Assembly (NCBI RefSeq): GCF_051058965.1
Contig: NZ_CP183924.1
Length of the DNA stretch: 64,000 nt
Reading direction: 5' to 3' (one strand)
DNA from: Corallococcus exiguus
GTDB lineage: Bacteria; Myxococcota; Myxococcia; Myxococcales; Myxococcaceae
Position 1 is the first letter of the stretch. The number at the start of each line of letters is the position of its first letter. The position numbers and the translations under genes are program-made. Positions 46,294-55,709 of the stretch are shown piece by piece. The notes under the pieces are model-generated. The model did not search any database, was not told the origin of the DNA, and saw only the letters and a program-made list of their open reading frames with translations.

Positions 46294-48813
46294 CTAATAA
46301 TGGAGTCGAACTTCTGTGAAGACGCCCAGCGGCGGTGCGGGGAAGCCGTGGGACTCCTCGTACTTCGCGTTGAAGAGGTTCGTGCCCAACAGTGACACCG
46401 CCACGCGCTCGTGGACGTTGAAGCCCACGCGCGCGGTCGCGGTGATGTAGCTGGGCAGCTTCACGCGGGTGGTGGTGCCGGCGTTCTCGTCCACCACGAA
46501 GCCCGGATCATACCGGGCGCCCACGAACAGGCCGTAGAGCTCCACGAAGGCGAACTTGCCGATGTTGGTGCGGCCGCGCAGGTAGACGCGGTGGCTGGGC
46601 GCGTAGTCCAGCGGGTAGCCGGATCCGCCGCCCACCGGCAGCGCCTGGGCGTCCAGGAACTGGTAGGCCACGTCAAAGGACGAGTTGAGGGACGGCACCT
46701 GCGCCGCCGCTTCCGCCTCGAAGCCCGCCACGCGCGCGTCGCCCAGGTTCTTGAACTGGGACGTGGAGCCGAAGAGGAGCTCCTGATTGATGAAGTTGCG
46801 GGCGCGGTTGTAGAAGCCCGTGCCCGTCAGGCGCACCCTGCGGTCCAGCGGCCAGAAGTCCACCGCCGCCTCCACCGTGTCCAGCGTCTCCGCGCGCAGG
46901 GACGGGTTGCCCAGGAGCGTCGCGGCGTACATCTGCTGGTTGATGGCCAGCTCCGCCAGCGTGGGCGCGCGGAAGGCGCGGCCGTAGTTGGTGCGCAGCG
47001 TGAGCAGCTCCGGGATGGCGTGGAACACGACGCTGGCGCGCGGGGACACCTGATCCGTCTTCGCCTCCCAGACCTTGGAGGGGATCTGGTAGTTGTCGTA
47101 GCGAGCGCCCGCGCCCACCACCAGCCGGTCCGTGATGCGGTACTCCGCGTCCACGAAGCCGCCCAGGATGGTCTGCTTCGTGTCGTCCAGGGTCAGGCCG
47201 GGCAGGATGTTCTGGTTGTTCACCTGGTCGGCCTTCACGTCGCCGCCGACGGTGACGGAGAGCTTGTCCAGGGAGAACAGCGCGCGCGCCTCACCGCCCA
47301 GGCGGCTGCGCTTGCCCAGCGTGTCCTCCAGGGCGCCGGTGATTTCATTCTCCAGCGTCACGTTGCGGCGCTTGAAGAAGGCGTAGGCCTGGGCGAACAC
47401 GCGCACGTTGTCCGTCACCTGCTGATCCAGCTGCAGGGCGGTGTTCAGGTTCTGGACGTGCTCGTTGTCCTGCGCGGTGTAGTGGCAGCGGCCGCAGTTG
47501 CCCACGGTGGAGATGTTCTGACCACCGGGCCGGCCGATGTTGCCGTCCGTGAAGTCCGCGTCCAGCGCGAGAGGACCCACGCGGACCTTGCCGTTCACCT
47601 GGTGGACCAGCGAGTCCTCGTTGGTGTCCGTCTGGTTCAGCTGCGGGTTGTTGAAGAGCTGCGGGCCGTCCGAGCCGAAGCCGTAGTAGCCGAGCAGCGC
47701 CTCCACCGGGCCGCCGCGGCCGGCGACGTTGGTCTGCAGGCGCCAGGTCTTGTCCTGGCCCGCGAGGATGCGCGCGTCGGCGCCCACGTTCTGGCCCTTG
47801 GCGATGAGGTCCGCGGGCTGGCGCTCGATGATGTTGATGACGCCGCTGAAGGCGTTGGAGCCGTAGAGCGACGAGCCCGGGCCGCGGATGACTTCCACCT
47901 GCTTCAGGTTGGTGAGCGGCGTCGTCTCATCCGCGTAGAACTGGCCCGTCCAGGGGTCCGTCAGCGGACGGCCGTCCTTGAGGAGCAGGAGGCGGTTGGA
48001 CAGGTAGTTGGAGCCCAGGCCGCGCGCGCTCACCGCCGCCTTGCGCATGGAGCCCCGGCGGCACTCCATGCCGGGGAAGTACTGGATGGCCTCGCAGAGC
48101 GAGAACTGGCCGGTGCCCTCCAGTTCCTCCGCGGGGATCCACGACACCGTGAGGGGCACGTCGGAGATGCGCTGGCTGCGCTTGGACGCCGTGGTGACGA
48201 CGGCCTCGCTCAGCGCCCTGTTGATGTTCTGCTCCAGGTCGTCGCCACCGCCCAGGTCCGGGCCGTCCAGGCCGGAGAGGCTGGAGGGCGGCGGCAGCGC
48301 GCGGTCGGAGGTGGGCTCCGTGAAGGGCGCGCGGTCCGGGACGTTGTCCGCCGTGCGCGGCTGTGACGACGGGAGCACCGCGCCGGCACCCAGCGTGGGC
48401 GCGGGCGGCGGGTTGGACGGGATGTCCGAAGTCAGCGGCCCGTCATACGGCGACGGCGAGGCCACGGGCAGCGGATCCGAAACGGACGGGCCAGGGCCGG
48501 CCACGGGGGCGAGCGGCGCGGGCGGCGGCTCGGTGGCGAGCGCCGGCGGCTGCGCGGCGGGCTCGTCCCCGGGAATGGGCTCCACGTCCGTCGGCGGGGG
48601 CTGCGCCTTCGCGCCCCGGCGCGTCTTCGCCGTGCGCGGAGGCTTCGCGCCGGGCGTGGCGGCCTTGGCACCCGGCGTGGTCGCCGCGCGCTTGCGGGGG
48701 GCCTTGGTCCGCGTCTTGGGGGCGGGCTCCTGGGCCTCCTGGGCCTGGGCCGTCTCCACCGCGAAGAGGGACAGGGCGCAAACCACCAGGGTCAGGCACG
48801 CGCGCGCGCCCAT
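46294..48813 (-). CDS. TonB-dependent outer-membrane receptor with a long Pro/Ala/Lys-rich N-terminal extension
   Basis: A signal peptide (MGARACLTLVVCALSLFAVETAQA), about 170 aa of low-complexity extension, a plug domain (VVTTA, IRGPGSSLYGSNAFSGVINI), and a barrel ending in the aromatic ...EVRLHY. An internal CGRCH motif is present. Confidence 0.85.
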   Translation of the reverse strand: MGARACLTLVVCALSLFAVETAQAQEAQEPAPKTRTKAPRKRAATTPGAKAATPGAKPPRTAKTRRGAKAQPPPTDVEPIPGDEPAAQPPALATEPPPAPLAPVAGPGPSVSDPLPVASPSPYDGPLTSDIPSNPPPAPTLGAGAVLPSSQPRTADNVPDRAPFTEPTSDRALPPPSSLSGLDGPDLGGGDDLEQNINRALSEAVVTTASKRSQRISDVPLTVSWIPAEELEGTGQFSLCEAIQYFPGMECRRGSMRKAAVSARGLGSNYLSNRLLLLKDGRPLTDPWTGQFYADETTPLTNLKQVEVIRGPGSSLYGSNAFSGVINIIERQPADLIAKGQNVGADARILAGQDKTWRLQTNVAGRGGPVEALLGYYGFGSDGPQLFNNPQLNQTDTNEDSLVHQVNGKVRVGPLALDADFTDGNIGRPGGQNISTVGNCGRCHYTAQDNEHVQNLNTALQLDQQVTDNVRVFAQAYAFFKRRNVTLENEITGALEDTLGKRSRLGGEARALFSLDKLSVTVGGDVKADQVNNQNILPGLTLDDTKQTILGGFVDAEYRITDRLVVGAGARYDNYQIPSKVWEAKTDQVSPRASVVFHAIPELLTLRTNYGRAFRAPTLAELAINQQMYAATLLGNPSLRAETLDTVEAAVDFWPLDRRVRLTGTGFYNRARNFINQELLFGSTSQFKNLGDARVAGFEAEAAAQVPSLNSSFDVAYQFLDAQALPVGGGSGYPLDYAPSHRVYLRGRTNIGKFAFVELYGLFVGARYDPGFVVDENAGTTTRVKLPSYITATARVGFNVHERVAVSLLGTNLFNAKYEESHGFPAPPLGVFTEVRLHY

Positions 48814-49109
48814 CCGACCGGCAAACCCCTTCACCGCGTTGGTGCGCGATCCACCGTACTCAGTCGAGTCCATCGTTCTCAATTCCACGAGGGGAAGCAG
48901 GGGGTATCCGCGGTTCTAGCGCCAGGAACCAGAGCCGGTGCGGCTGGCAATTGTTCTCAGGGATGAGTTTCCACCCCTGAACGGTGGCGTTCCGCTCGAC
49001 TTCTCAAATTACCGCAATAACTCGCCTTAGGCCAAGTCATGGCTGTCGATCGCGGTGAAACACGCGCACGGCGGTGGAAACCCCGTGCGCGGATCAGCTC
49101 ACGGCGCAA

Positions 49110-50036
49110 TCAGTCATCCGGCTGTTCGGCGGAGACGGCCAGGTCGTCCACGAACGGCGGGAGGGCGGGACCCAGCGACTCGGATTGGACGAGCACGGGC
49201 GTCTCCACCCGCAGGTCGGGAGAGTCCGCGAGGACGGGCTGACGGCGCGGGGGGCCCTGGGTGACGAGCTTGCGGAAGTCCTCGAACTCGCGGCCCTGGA
49301 TGCGGGCGAAGGCGTCGAACGGGGCGACCGCACCCACGGAGGACAGGGACTGGGACAACGCGTCTCCCCCGCCCTTCAGGTCCACCAGCACGGCGCCCGG
49401 CACCCGGCTGCTCTTGAAGAGCACCCGCATGTCCTTGGGCACGTGCGCCACCGGAACGAGCGCGGCCTCCGCGCCCTTGGCCTCCAGCATCTTCACCGCC
49501 GACTCCACGTTGGGCACCGGCACCAGCTTGAAGTGCTTCTGGGCATCCAGGTCGCCGCCCAGCACGACGTGGGAGACGAACTTCGGATCCGCGGAGCCCG
49601 CGCCCTTGACCAGCGCCATGCGCTTGCCGGCGAGGTCCTTCACGGTGCCCTTCTGGAGGGAGATGATGGCCCAGCGCTGCTGCGTCTCACCGGCGCGCGG
49701 CGCGTACGCCACCGGCTCCGCCTTGGAGCCCAGCTGCACCGCGGCCCAGCCGTCCACCACGGCGAAGTCGATCTGCCCCTCCCCCACTGCCTTGGAGAAG
49801 TCCTCGTAGCGGCCAAAGCTCTTGGCGCCAACGGGGCGGCCCAGGCTGGCCTCCAGCTTCTGGGCGAGCGCCTCCGCGTACTGGAAGCGCTCCTGACCGT
49901 CCGACAGCGTCGTGGCGAGGAACACGCCCAGCGTGGCCTTTTTCGGCGCGGCGGACGCGGGGCTGGCAACGGAAACGGCGAACAGCACGGCGGCGAGCAG
50001 GAGGCTCCCCCGCGCGACAAGGGATGGCGTCTTCAC
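49110..50036 (-). CDS. periplasmic substrate-binding protein, PhnD/SsuA-like (phosphonate-type ABC SBP fold)
   Basis: A signal peptide (MKTPSLVARGSLLLAAVLFAVSVASPASA) and a two-lobe SBP-like composition. It overlaps the upstream TPR gene by 4 nt (ATGA). Confidence 0.6.
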   Translation of the reverse strand: MKTPSLVARGSLLLAAVLFAVSVASPASAAPKKATLGVFLATTLSDGQERFQYAEALAQKLEASLGRPVGAKSFGRYEDFSKAVGEGQIDFAVVDGWAAVQLGSKAEPVAYAPRAGETQQRWAIISLQKGTVKDLAGKRMALVKGAGSADPKFVSHVVLGGDLDAQKHFKLVPVPNVESAVKMLEAKGAEAALVPVAHVPKDMRVLFKSSRVPGAVLVDLKGGGDALSQSLSSVGAVAPFDAFARIQGREFEDFRKLVTQGPPRRQPVLADSPDLRVETPVLVQSESLGPALPPFVDDLAVSAEQPDD

Positions 50037-52558
50037 GGCGTCTCCTCCGCGACCCCGGTGGCCGGCGTGACGCCCTGCGCGTCACCCAGTCCATAGAGGC
50101 CCTGCAGGCGGTCCTTCCATTCCCGCACCTGGGCAGCGCGGGGGCCCGCGCCAGCGGCCAGGTAGCGGCGCCAGGCGTCCACGGCCTCGGCGGGTTCATG
50201 CCGTCGCTCCTGCGCGTCGATGCCCAGGTTGAGCGAGGCGACAGGTACGGCGGTCTCCAGGCGCTTCCACGTCGCGAGCGCCGAAGCGCTGTCGCCCTGG
50301 CGCCACCCCACGCACGCCAGGTTGTGCTGCACCAGCGCGTCGTCGGGCGTCGCGGCGAGCGCGGCCTTCAGCGCCTTCTCCGACGCCTTCATGTTGCCAG
50401 AGGCGTACGCGAGCGCCGCCTCACGCCGCAGCAGCGCGCCGGTGAGGTTGCCCATCCACTTCGGCTGCCCGGGCATGGGCTTCTTCTGCGCGGCGGTGAG
50501 CAGCTTGCGCGAGGGCGCGACCTTGCCCTGACGGTAGAGCACCCACGCGTCCGCGAGCGCGCGCGTGTTGGGCCACGACCATTCCGGCGCGGGCGTGAGG
50601 GAGCGCTTGAGGCCCGCGGTGGCCTCCGCGAACTTCCCTTCTTCCGCGCGCGTGAGCGCCCGGGCGAAGGCGGCCAGCTTCGCCACGTCCGCGCGCTTGC
50701 CGGTGCCCAGGCGGTCCACCGCGTCCAGGTCCCGGTTCGCCGCGGCGGCGTCGCCCGTCTCCAGCTTCGCCAGGGCCCGGCGCACCAGCACGCGAGGCAG
50801 GTTCGCCTCCGCCACCTTCGCGGCCGTCTTGGAGGGCCCCGCGTCCGTCAGCCGCTGCACGGCGGCGTCCACCTGGCCCAGCTCCACTTCCGCGAGCGCG
50901 GCGCCCGCGGACGCTTCCGCGCGCTGATCCGGCTCCTGCGTGGCCTCACCAGACTGGGTGAACGCGGCGAGCGCGGCCTGCGCATCGCCACCGCCCAGCC
51001 GGGCGTAGCCGAGCAACAGGTGCTCGCGCCAGGTCGCGCCCGGCAGCGTCACCGCGCCCTCCATCACCTTGCGGGCCTCCGCGAACTGGTGGCTGTCCAG
51101 GAGCGCCGCGCCCAGCCGGCGGGCCATGGGCACGGAGCGGTCCAGGTCATACGCGCGGCGCAGGTCACGCACGGCGTCTTCCAGGCGCTGGGTGCCGGCG
51201 CGATCTCTCGCGCGGTGGGCCAGGGCCCGGGCCAGCCACTGCTTCGCGCCGGGGTGGTTGGGTTCCACCTGGAGCGCGCTGCCGTAGTCCTCGATGGCCT
51301 GATCCCACTGGCCGGTGGCGAAGTGATCCGCGCCCAGCAGCACGTGGCCCAGCGCCTGGCGCGGGGCCATCTCCACCACGCGCCGGTGCACCTCCACCGC
51401 GCGCTGGTAGCGGCCGGCGCGGCGGTTGACGGAGCCCAGCGTCGCCCACAGCTCCAGGCTGCCGCCGCCCGACTTCACGGCGGACTCCAGGAACTGGATG
51501 GCCTCCTCGTGGCGCGCCTGCGCCTGGAGCGCCTTGCCCACGGCGATCTGTCCCAGGAGCAGGCCCGGCTGCAGCTCCAGCACCTTGCGGAACTCCGCTT
51601 CCGCCTGCGCGGGCTGCTTCTGCGCGAGCCGCACGTCACCCATCAAGAGGTGCGCGGCGGGCGTGGAGCCCAGCTTCATCAGGGCGGTGGCCTGCAGGTC
51701 CGCGCGCGGCACGTCGCCCGCGGCCAGGTACAGGCGCGCGAGGCGCTCCTTCGGCTCCGCCACCTGCGGGAACTTCGTCACCAGCCGCTCCAGGAGCGCG
51801 CGGGACTCCGGCACGTGGCCTTCCATCTCCAGCACGGCCGCGAGGCCGATCTGCGCCGTCGCGGACTCGGCCCGCCCGGCCTGCGCCTTCTCGAACGAGG
51901 CGCGCGCGGCGACAGCGTCCCGGCGGATGAGATGCGCCTTGCCCAGCAGCTCGTGGATCTGGAAGTCGTTGCCCGCGAGCTTCTCCGGGCGCAGCGTCAG
52001 GTAGCGCTGCAGCCGCGTCACGGCGCGGTTCCCGTCCTGGACGTACAGGTAATAGCTGGCCAGGTAGTAGTGGACGATGAGGTGGTCCGGCTGATCCGCG
52101 GCGGCCACCTGCTCCAGCACCGGCACCGCCTCCTGGAAGCGGCGCAGCTTGAAGTACGCGGTGCCCAGCGGGTACGCGAGCGACAGCTCCTGCGGGTTCT
52201 GCGCGAACACCGGCGCAAGGCGCGTCACCGTTCGCTGGAAGTCCTGGAGCGCGTTGGCGGCGCTGCCCAGGCCCGCGGCGGCGAACACGGACTGGGGCTC
52301 CTGCGTGAGCGCCTGCTCGAAGAGCTGGAGCGCCTTCTTGAACTTCTCCTCCGCCTCCTTCTTGTCACCCTTGGAGGCGGCGGCGTTGGCGGACACGAGG
52401 GCCTGCTCGCCCTGCTCCGTCATGCGCTGCGCCTCGGTGGCGGGCGGCGGGCGGAACTGGGCGAGCGCCGCCGGCGGACCGGACAGGGTGGCCAGCAGGG
52501 CGAGCGCGGTGGAGACGCGGCGCGGGGAACGAAGGAATGGGCGCATGCGATTCGTCAA
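50033..52558 (-). CDS. secreted tetratricopeptide-repeat protein (about 20 TPR units)
   Basis: A signal peptide followed by many W/Y-L-G-A-Y TPR-like repeats. Its start ATG overlaps the upstream PP2C stop (ATGA). Confidence 0.75.
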   Translation of the reverse strand: MTNRMRPFLRSPRRVSTALALLATLSGPPAALAQFRPPPATEAQRMTEQGEQALVSANAAASKGDKKEAEEKFKKALQLFEQALTQEPQSVFAAAGLGSAANALQDFQRTVTRLAPVFAQNPQELSLAYPLGTAYFKLRRFQEAVPVLEQVAAADQPDHLIVHYYLASYYLYVQDGNRAVTRLQRYLTLRPEKLAGNDFQIHELLGKAHLIRRDAVAARASFEKAQAGRAESATAQIGLAAVLEMEGHVPESRALLERLVTKFPQVAEPKERLARLYLAAGDVPRADLQATALMKLGSTPAAHLLMGDVRLAQKQPAQAEAEFRKVLELQPGLLLGQIAVGKALQAQARHEEAIQFLESAVKSGGGSLELWATLGSVNRRAGRYQRAVEVHRRVVEMAPRQALGHVLLGADHFATGQWDQAIEDYGSALQVEPNHPGAKQWLARALAHRARDRAGTQRLEDAVRDLRRAYDLDRSVPMARRLGAALLDSHQFAEARKVMEGAVTLPGATWREHLLLGYARLGGGDAQAALAAFTQSGEATQEPDQRAEASAGAALAEVELGQVDAAVQRLTDAGPSKTAAKVAEANLPRVLVRRALAKLETGDAAAANRDLDAVDRLGTGKRADVAKLAAFARALTRAEEGKFAEATAGLKRSLTPAPEWSWPNTRALADAWVLYRQGKVAPSRKLLTAAQKKPMPGQPKWMGNLTGALLRREAALAYASGNMKASEKALKAALAATPDDALVQHNLACVGWRQGDSASALATWKRLETAVPVASLNLGIDAQERRHEPAEAVDAWRRYLAAGAGPRAAQVREWKDRLQGLYGLGDAQGVTPATGVAEETP

Positions 52559-54147
52559 GGCGAGGGGGCGGGGCTGAATTCGGCGACGATGACGGTGATG
52601 TCGTCGCGCTGGGGCTGGCCGGCGCTGTACGCGCGCACGTCCGCGAGGAGCGCGTCGCGAAGGGCGTCGGCGGGGAGGTGGGCGTGGGTCTGGAGCGCGG
52701 CGGCCAGCCGCTGCGTGCCGTAGAGCCGGTTGGCACCGTCGCGCGCCTCGGTGAGGCCGTCCGTGTACCAGACGACGATGTCACCGGGGCTCAGCTGCGC
52801 CTGGCGCGACGTGAACTGCGACGCCACGTTCGCGCCCAGCAGCGGACCGCGCGCCGGCAGCGACGAAATCTGCCGCGTGTTCCGGTTGTAGACGGCCGCC
52901 GCCGGGTGGGCGCCCGCCGCGTAGTCAATCTGGCCGCTGTACACGTCGATGACCGCGAGCGCGCTGGACATCTGGTGCTCGCCGCGGCCCACGTTGGCCA
53001 GCGTCACGTTGAGCGCGGTGATCAGCATCTGCGCGTGCACCTGCGACGGCTCACGCAGCGTCATGGCGGAGGCGAAGCCGCTGGTGGCGCTGGTGGCGAC
53101 CAGCGACGTGGACAGGCCGTGGCCCGTCACGTCTCCGATGCCAATCACCACGCGCCGGTCGTCCAGCGCGGCGCGGAACCACCAGTCGCCGCCGCACGCG
53201 TCCGCGGGCACCACCAGCCCGGCCAGCCGCAGCGGGCCCACCGTCACGGCCTCGCGGCCCGGCAGGAGCGTCTCCTGCACCGTGCGCGCGAGCGACACCT
53301 CGCGCTCCAGCTGCGCCTTGGCGCGCACGTCCTCCAGCAGGACCTTGATGCGCTCCGCCATGTGGTTGAACACCACGCCCAGCGTCGTCACCTCGCGGCC
53401 CGCGCCCGGCGCAGTGCCCGCGCGAGCGCCCAGGTCACCGGCGGCCAGCTGCATCACGCGGTGGGTGAGCACGCCCAGCGGCTTGGTGATGCGGCGGCTC
53501 TGGAAGGCGGCCAGCACGCCGGCCAGGACGACGAAGCCCACGCCCAGCCCGACAATGCGCAGCGTGTTGGCGCGCACCGCGGCGCGGTTGGTCTCCTCCA
53601 ACTCATGCAGCTGCTTCTGCAGGTCCTCCAGCGAGTAGCTGATGACGACCACGCCCTTGCCGGCCTGCGAGCCGTAGTCGAGCGGCTCCTGGAACTCGAA
53701 GACGGGCTGGCCCTGGAAGAAGGCGCTGGCCCAGCGGCGCTCCGCGGTGCGGCCTCCGGAGGACTCGCCCAGCTTGGCGGACGGGTCGCTGTCCGCGACG
53801 AGCTGCCCGTCCGCGTCGAACATCTGCACGCGCAGGATGTTTCGGTTGTCCGCGATGATGGAGCGCGCCACTTCCGTGAGGAACGCGTAGTTGTTGTCGC
53901 GCAGGCTGGTGGCGGAGGTGAGCGCCAGCGTGTGGCTCACCGTCTGGCCCAGTTCGCGCGCCTGGGACTGGAGCCGCTGCGTGAAGCGGTCCGACGTCGC
54001 GGTGAGCTGCGCCTCCGTCGTCTTCGCGGACAGCGCGGCCAGCAGGCCCACGATCACGATGACCAGCGCGCCCGTGGTGAGCAGCAGCAGCTGATCCAAC
54101 CGGAGCCCGCGGATGGCCGCCACGTTGGGCAGCTCTCCGGCCTCCAT
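52555..54147 (-). CDS. membrane sensor Ser/Thr phosphatase: periplasmic sensor domain - HAMP - PP2C (SpoIIE/RsbU family)
   Basis: TM1 (LLLLTTGALVIVIVGLLAAL), a periplasmic region of about 150 aa, TM2, HAMP (ITKPLGVLTHRVMQLAAGDL), and the PP2C motifs IGDVTGHG and DGLTE. Confidence 0.8.
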   Translation of the reverse strand: MEAGELPNVAAIRGLRLDQLLLLTTGALVIVIVGLLAALSAKTTEAQLTATSDRFTQRLQSQARELGQTVSHTLALTSATSLRDNNYAFLTEVARSIIADNRNILRVQMFDADGQLVADSDPSAKLGESSGGRTAERRWASAFFQGQPVFEFQEPLDYGSQAGKGVVVISYSLEDLQKQLHELEETNRAAVRANTLRIVGLGVGFVVLAGVLAAFQSRRITKPLGVLTHRVMQLAAGDLGARAGTAPGAGREVTTLGVVFNHMAERIKVLLEDVRAKAQLEREVSLARTVQETLLPGREAVTVGPLRLAGLVVPADACGGDWWFRAALDDRRVVIGIGDVTGHGLSTSLVATSATSGFASAMTLREPSQVHAQMLITALNVTLANVGRGEHQMSSALAVIDVYSGQIDYAAGAHPAAAVYNRNTRQISSLPARGPLLGANVASQFTSRQAQLSPGDIVVWYTDGLTEARDGANRLYGTQRLAAALQTHAHLPADALRDALLADVRAYSAGQPQRDDITVIVAEFSPAPSP

Positions 54148-54699
54148 GGGCGCGATGACCGTGCTCGTGGGCTCCGTCGCCGGCAGCCCCACCGAGCCCG
54201 TCAGCCGGGTGGCCGTGTTCTCCCCACGCAGCCCGGTGAGCTCCCGGGAATGGGTGCCGGTGTACTCCGGTGGAGGAGGCGGGGTGCCGGGCGCCGCATC
54301 GGATGCATCAGGTGATTCGGGCACGGGATCGAGGCGCGGGTTCGTACGGGACAAAGGCACACCTGGGGGAGCCCGCGTCGGAGAACGCGGTCGGGGCGGG
54401 GCGGACTGTATCTCACTTCCTGATTGACGCGAGGAGTCCACCTGTCGGGCTATTCCTCGCGGTCGCCCCCTCACCCGCCCCCCCAACGGCCGTGCGATCA
54501 GCCCGGACCGGGAGCGTCCAACCGCCTCCTGGAAGCAGCACGTCACGAGGGCATGGATGAGTTCCGCTCATTGCCGCGTCGCGCCACCCGGGGGCAGAAA
54601 GGTGCTGGCGAACACCCGTGACATCAGGGTCCTTGAGTCGGGAGGCCGCGTTCGGAGTATAGGGGCGTCCCTTTCTTTCCCCTTCGAGGTCGTCCGCCC

Positions 54700-55707
54700 G
54701 TGTCTCGGCCCCGGTTGATCAAAGAGAACTCCGCGCCGCTCTCCCTGCCCCGAGAGCAGCTCATTCGCATCCATGACCTGATGGTGAAGGCGCGCGTCCT
54801 GGAGGAGCGCCTGATCCAGATGTACAAGCAGGGCCACGGCTACTTCTGGATCGGCGGCCCCGGTGAGGAGGCGTTCAACGTCCCCCTGGGCATGCTGATG
54901 AAGGTCGGCGAGGGCCCGGCCTACGACTACCTGCACGCGCACTACCGTCAGTCCGCGACGCTGCTCGCCATGGGCGAGGAGCCCATCGGGGCGCTGCGGC
55001 AGATGAAGAACACGGCCACGGACCCCTACTCCGGCGGCCGCAACTTCGCGGGCCACTTCAGCCGGCGCTCGAAGAACATCGCGCCCGTCACCTCCCCCAT
55101 CGAGGTGCAGTACGCCGTCGCGCCGGGCACGGCCATGGCCCAGAAGCGCCACGGCGGCGACGGCATCACCATCGTCACCGGCGGCGACGCGGGCACGGCC
55201 GAGGGCGATTTCGCCAGCTGCCTCATCTGGAGCAGCCGTCCGGCCAACCCGCTGCCCATCCTGATCATCGTCACCAACAACAAGTGGGGCATCAGCACCA
55301 CTTCGGACGGCCAGCACGGCGAGACGAACATCAGCGACCGCGCGCGCGCCTTCAACATCCAGGCGAAGACCATCAACGGCAATGATCCGGTGGAGTCCTA
55401 CCAGGAGATCCAGGCCGCGATGGAGTACGTGCGCAAGGAGCGCAAGCCCTTCTTCATCGAGGCTCGCGTGTCCCGCCTGTACGGGCACTCGTCCGCGTCC
55501 GGCGCCAACTTCGTGAACGAGGAGCAGGACTGCCTGCGCCTGTTCGAGGCGCGGCTGGAGCAGGAAGGCGTCCTCAACCGCGAGCAGATGGACGAGGCGC
55601 GCACCCGGTATTCAGAGGAGCTGGCCGCCGCCGCGCGCACCGTGCGCGACGAGCCGCAGCCCTCTGGCGACTCCATCTGGGAACACATCTACGCGGAGAA
55701 GAAATAA
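54700..55707 (+). CDS. 2-oxo-acid dehydrogenase E1 component alpha subunit (TPP-dependent)
   Basis: The TPP-binding GDG-X(~28)-N motif (TGGDAGTAEGDF...VTNNKWGIS). The start is GTG at 54700 and is uncertain. Confidence 0.85.
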   Translation: MSRPRLIKENSAPLSLPREQLIRIHDLMVKARVLEERLIQMYKQGHGYFWIGGPGEEAFNVPLGMLMKVGEGPAYDYLHAHYRQSATLLAMGEEPIGALRQMKNTATDPYSGGRNFAGHFSRRSKNIAPVTSPIEVQYAVAPGTAMAQKRHGGDGITIVTGGDAGTAEGDFASCLIWSSRPANPLPILIIVTNNKWGISTTSDGQHGETNISDRARAFNIQAKTINGNDPVESYQEIQAAMEYVRKERKPFFIEARVSRLYGHSSASGANFVNEEQDCLRLFEARLEQEGVLNREQMDEARTRYSEELAAAARTVRDEPQPSGDSIWEHIYAEKK

Positions 55708-55709
55708 CC

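Noticed and set aside
46411-48366. 651-aa plus-strand ORF antisense to the TonB-dependent receptor
   Set aside because: A shadow ORF. The sense frame has plug and barrel motifs.
50024-52723. 899-aa plus-strand ORF antisense to the TPR gene
   Set aside because: A shadow ORF with a biased composition of Arg, Gly, Leu and Ala.
54270-54560. Short ORFs (about 95-104 aa) in the long intergenic region upstream of the E1 operon
   Set aside because: They are Gly/Arg/Pro/Ala-rich and have no start context. They are overlapping alternatives on both strands, which is typical of random ORFs in 70 % GC DNA.
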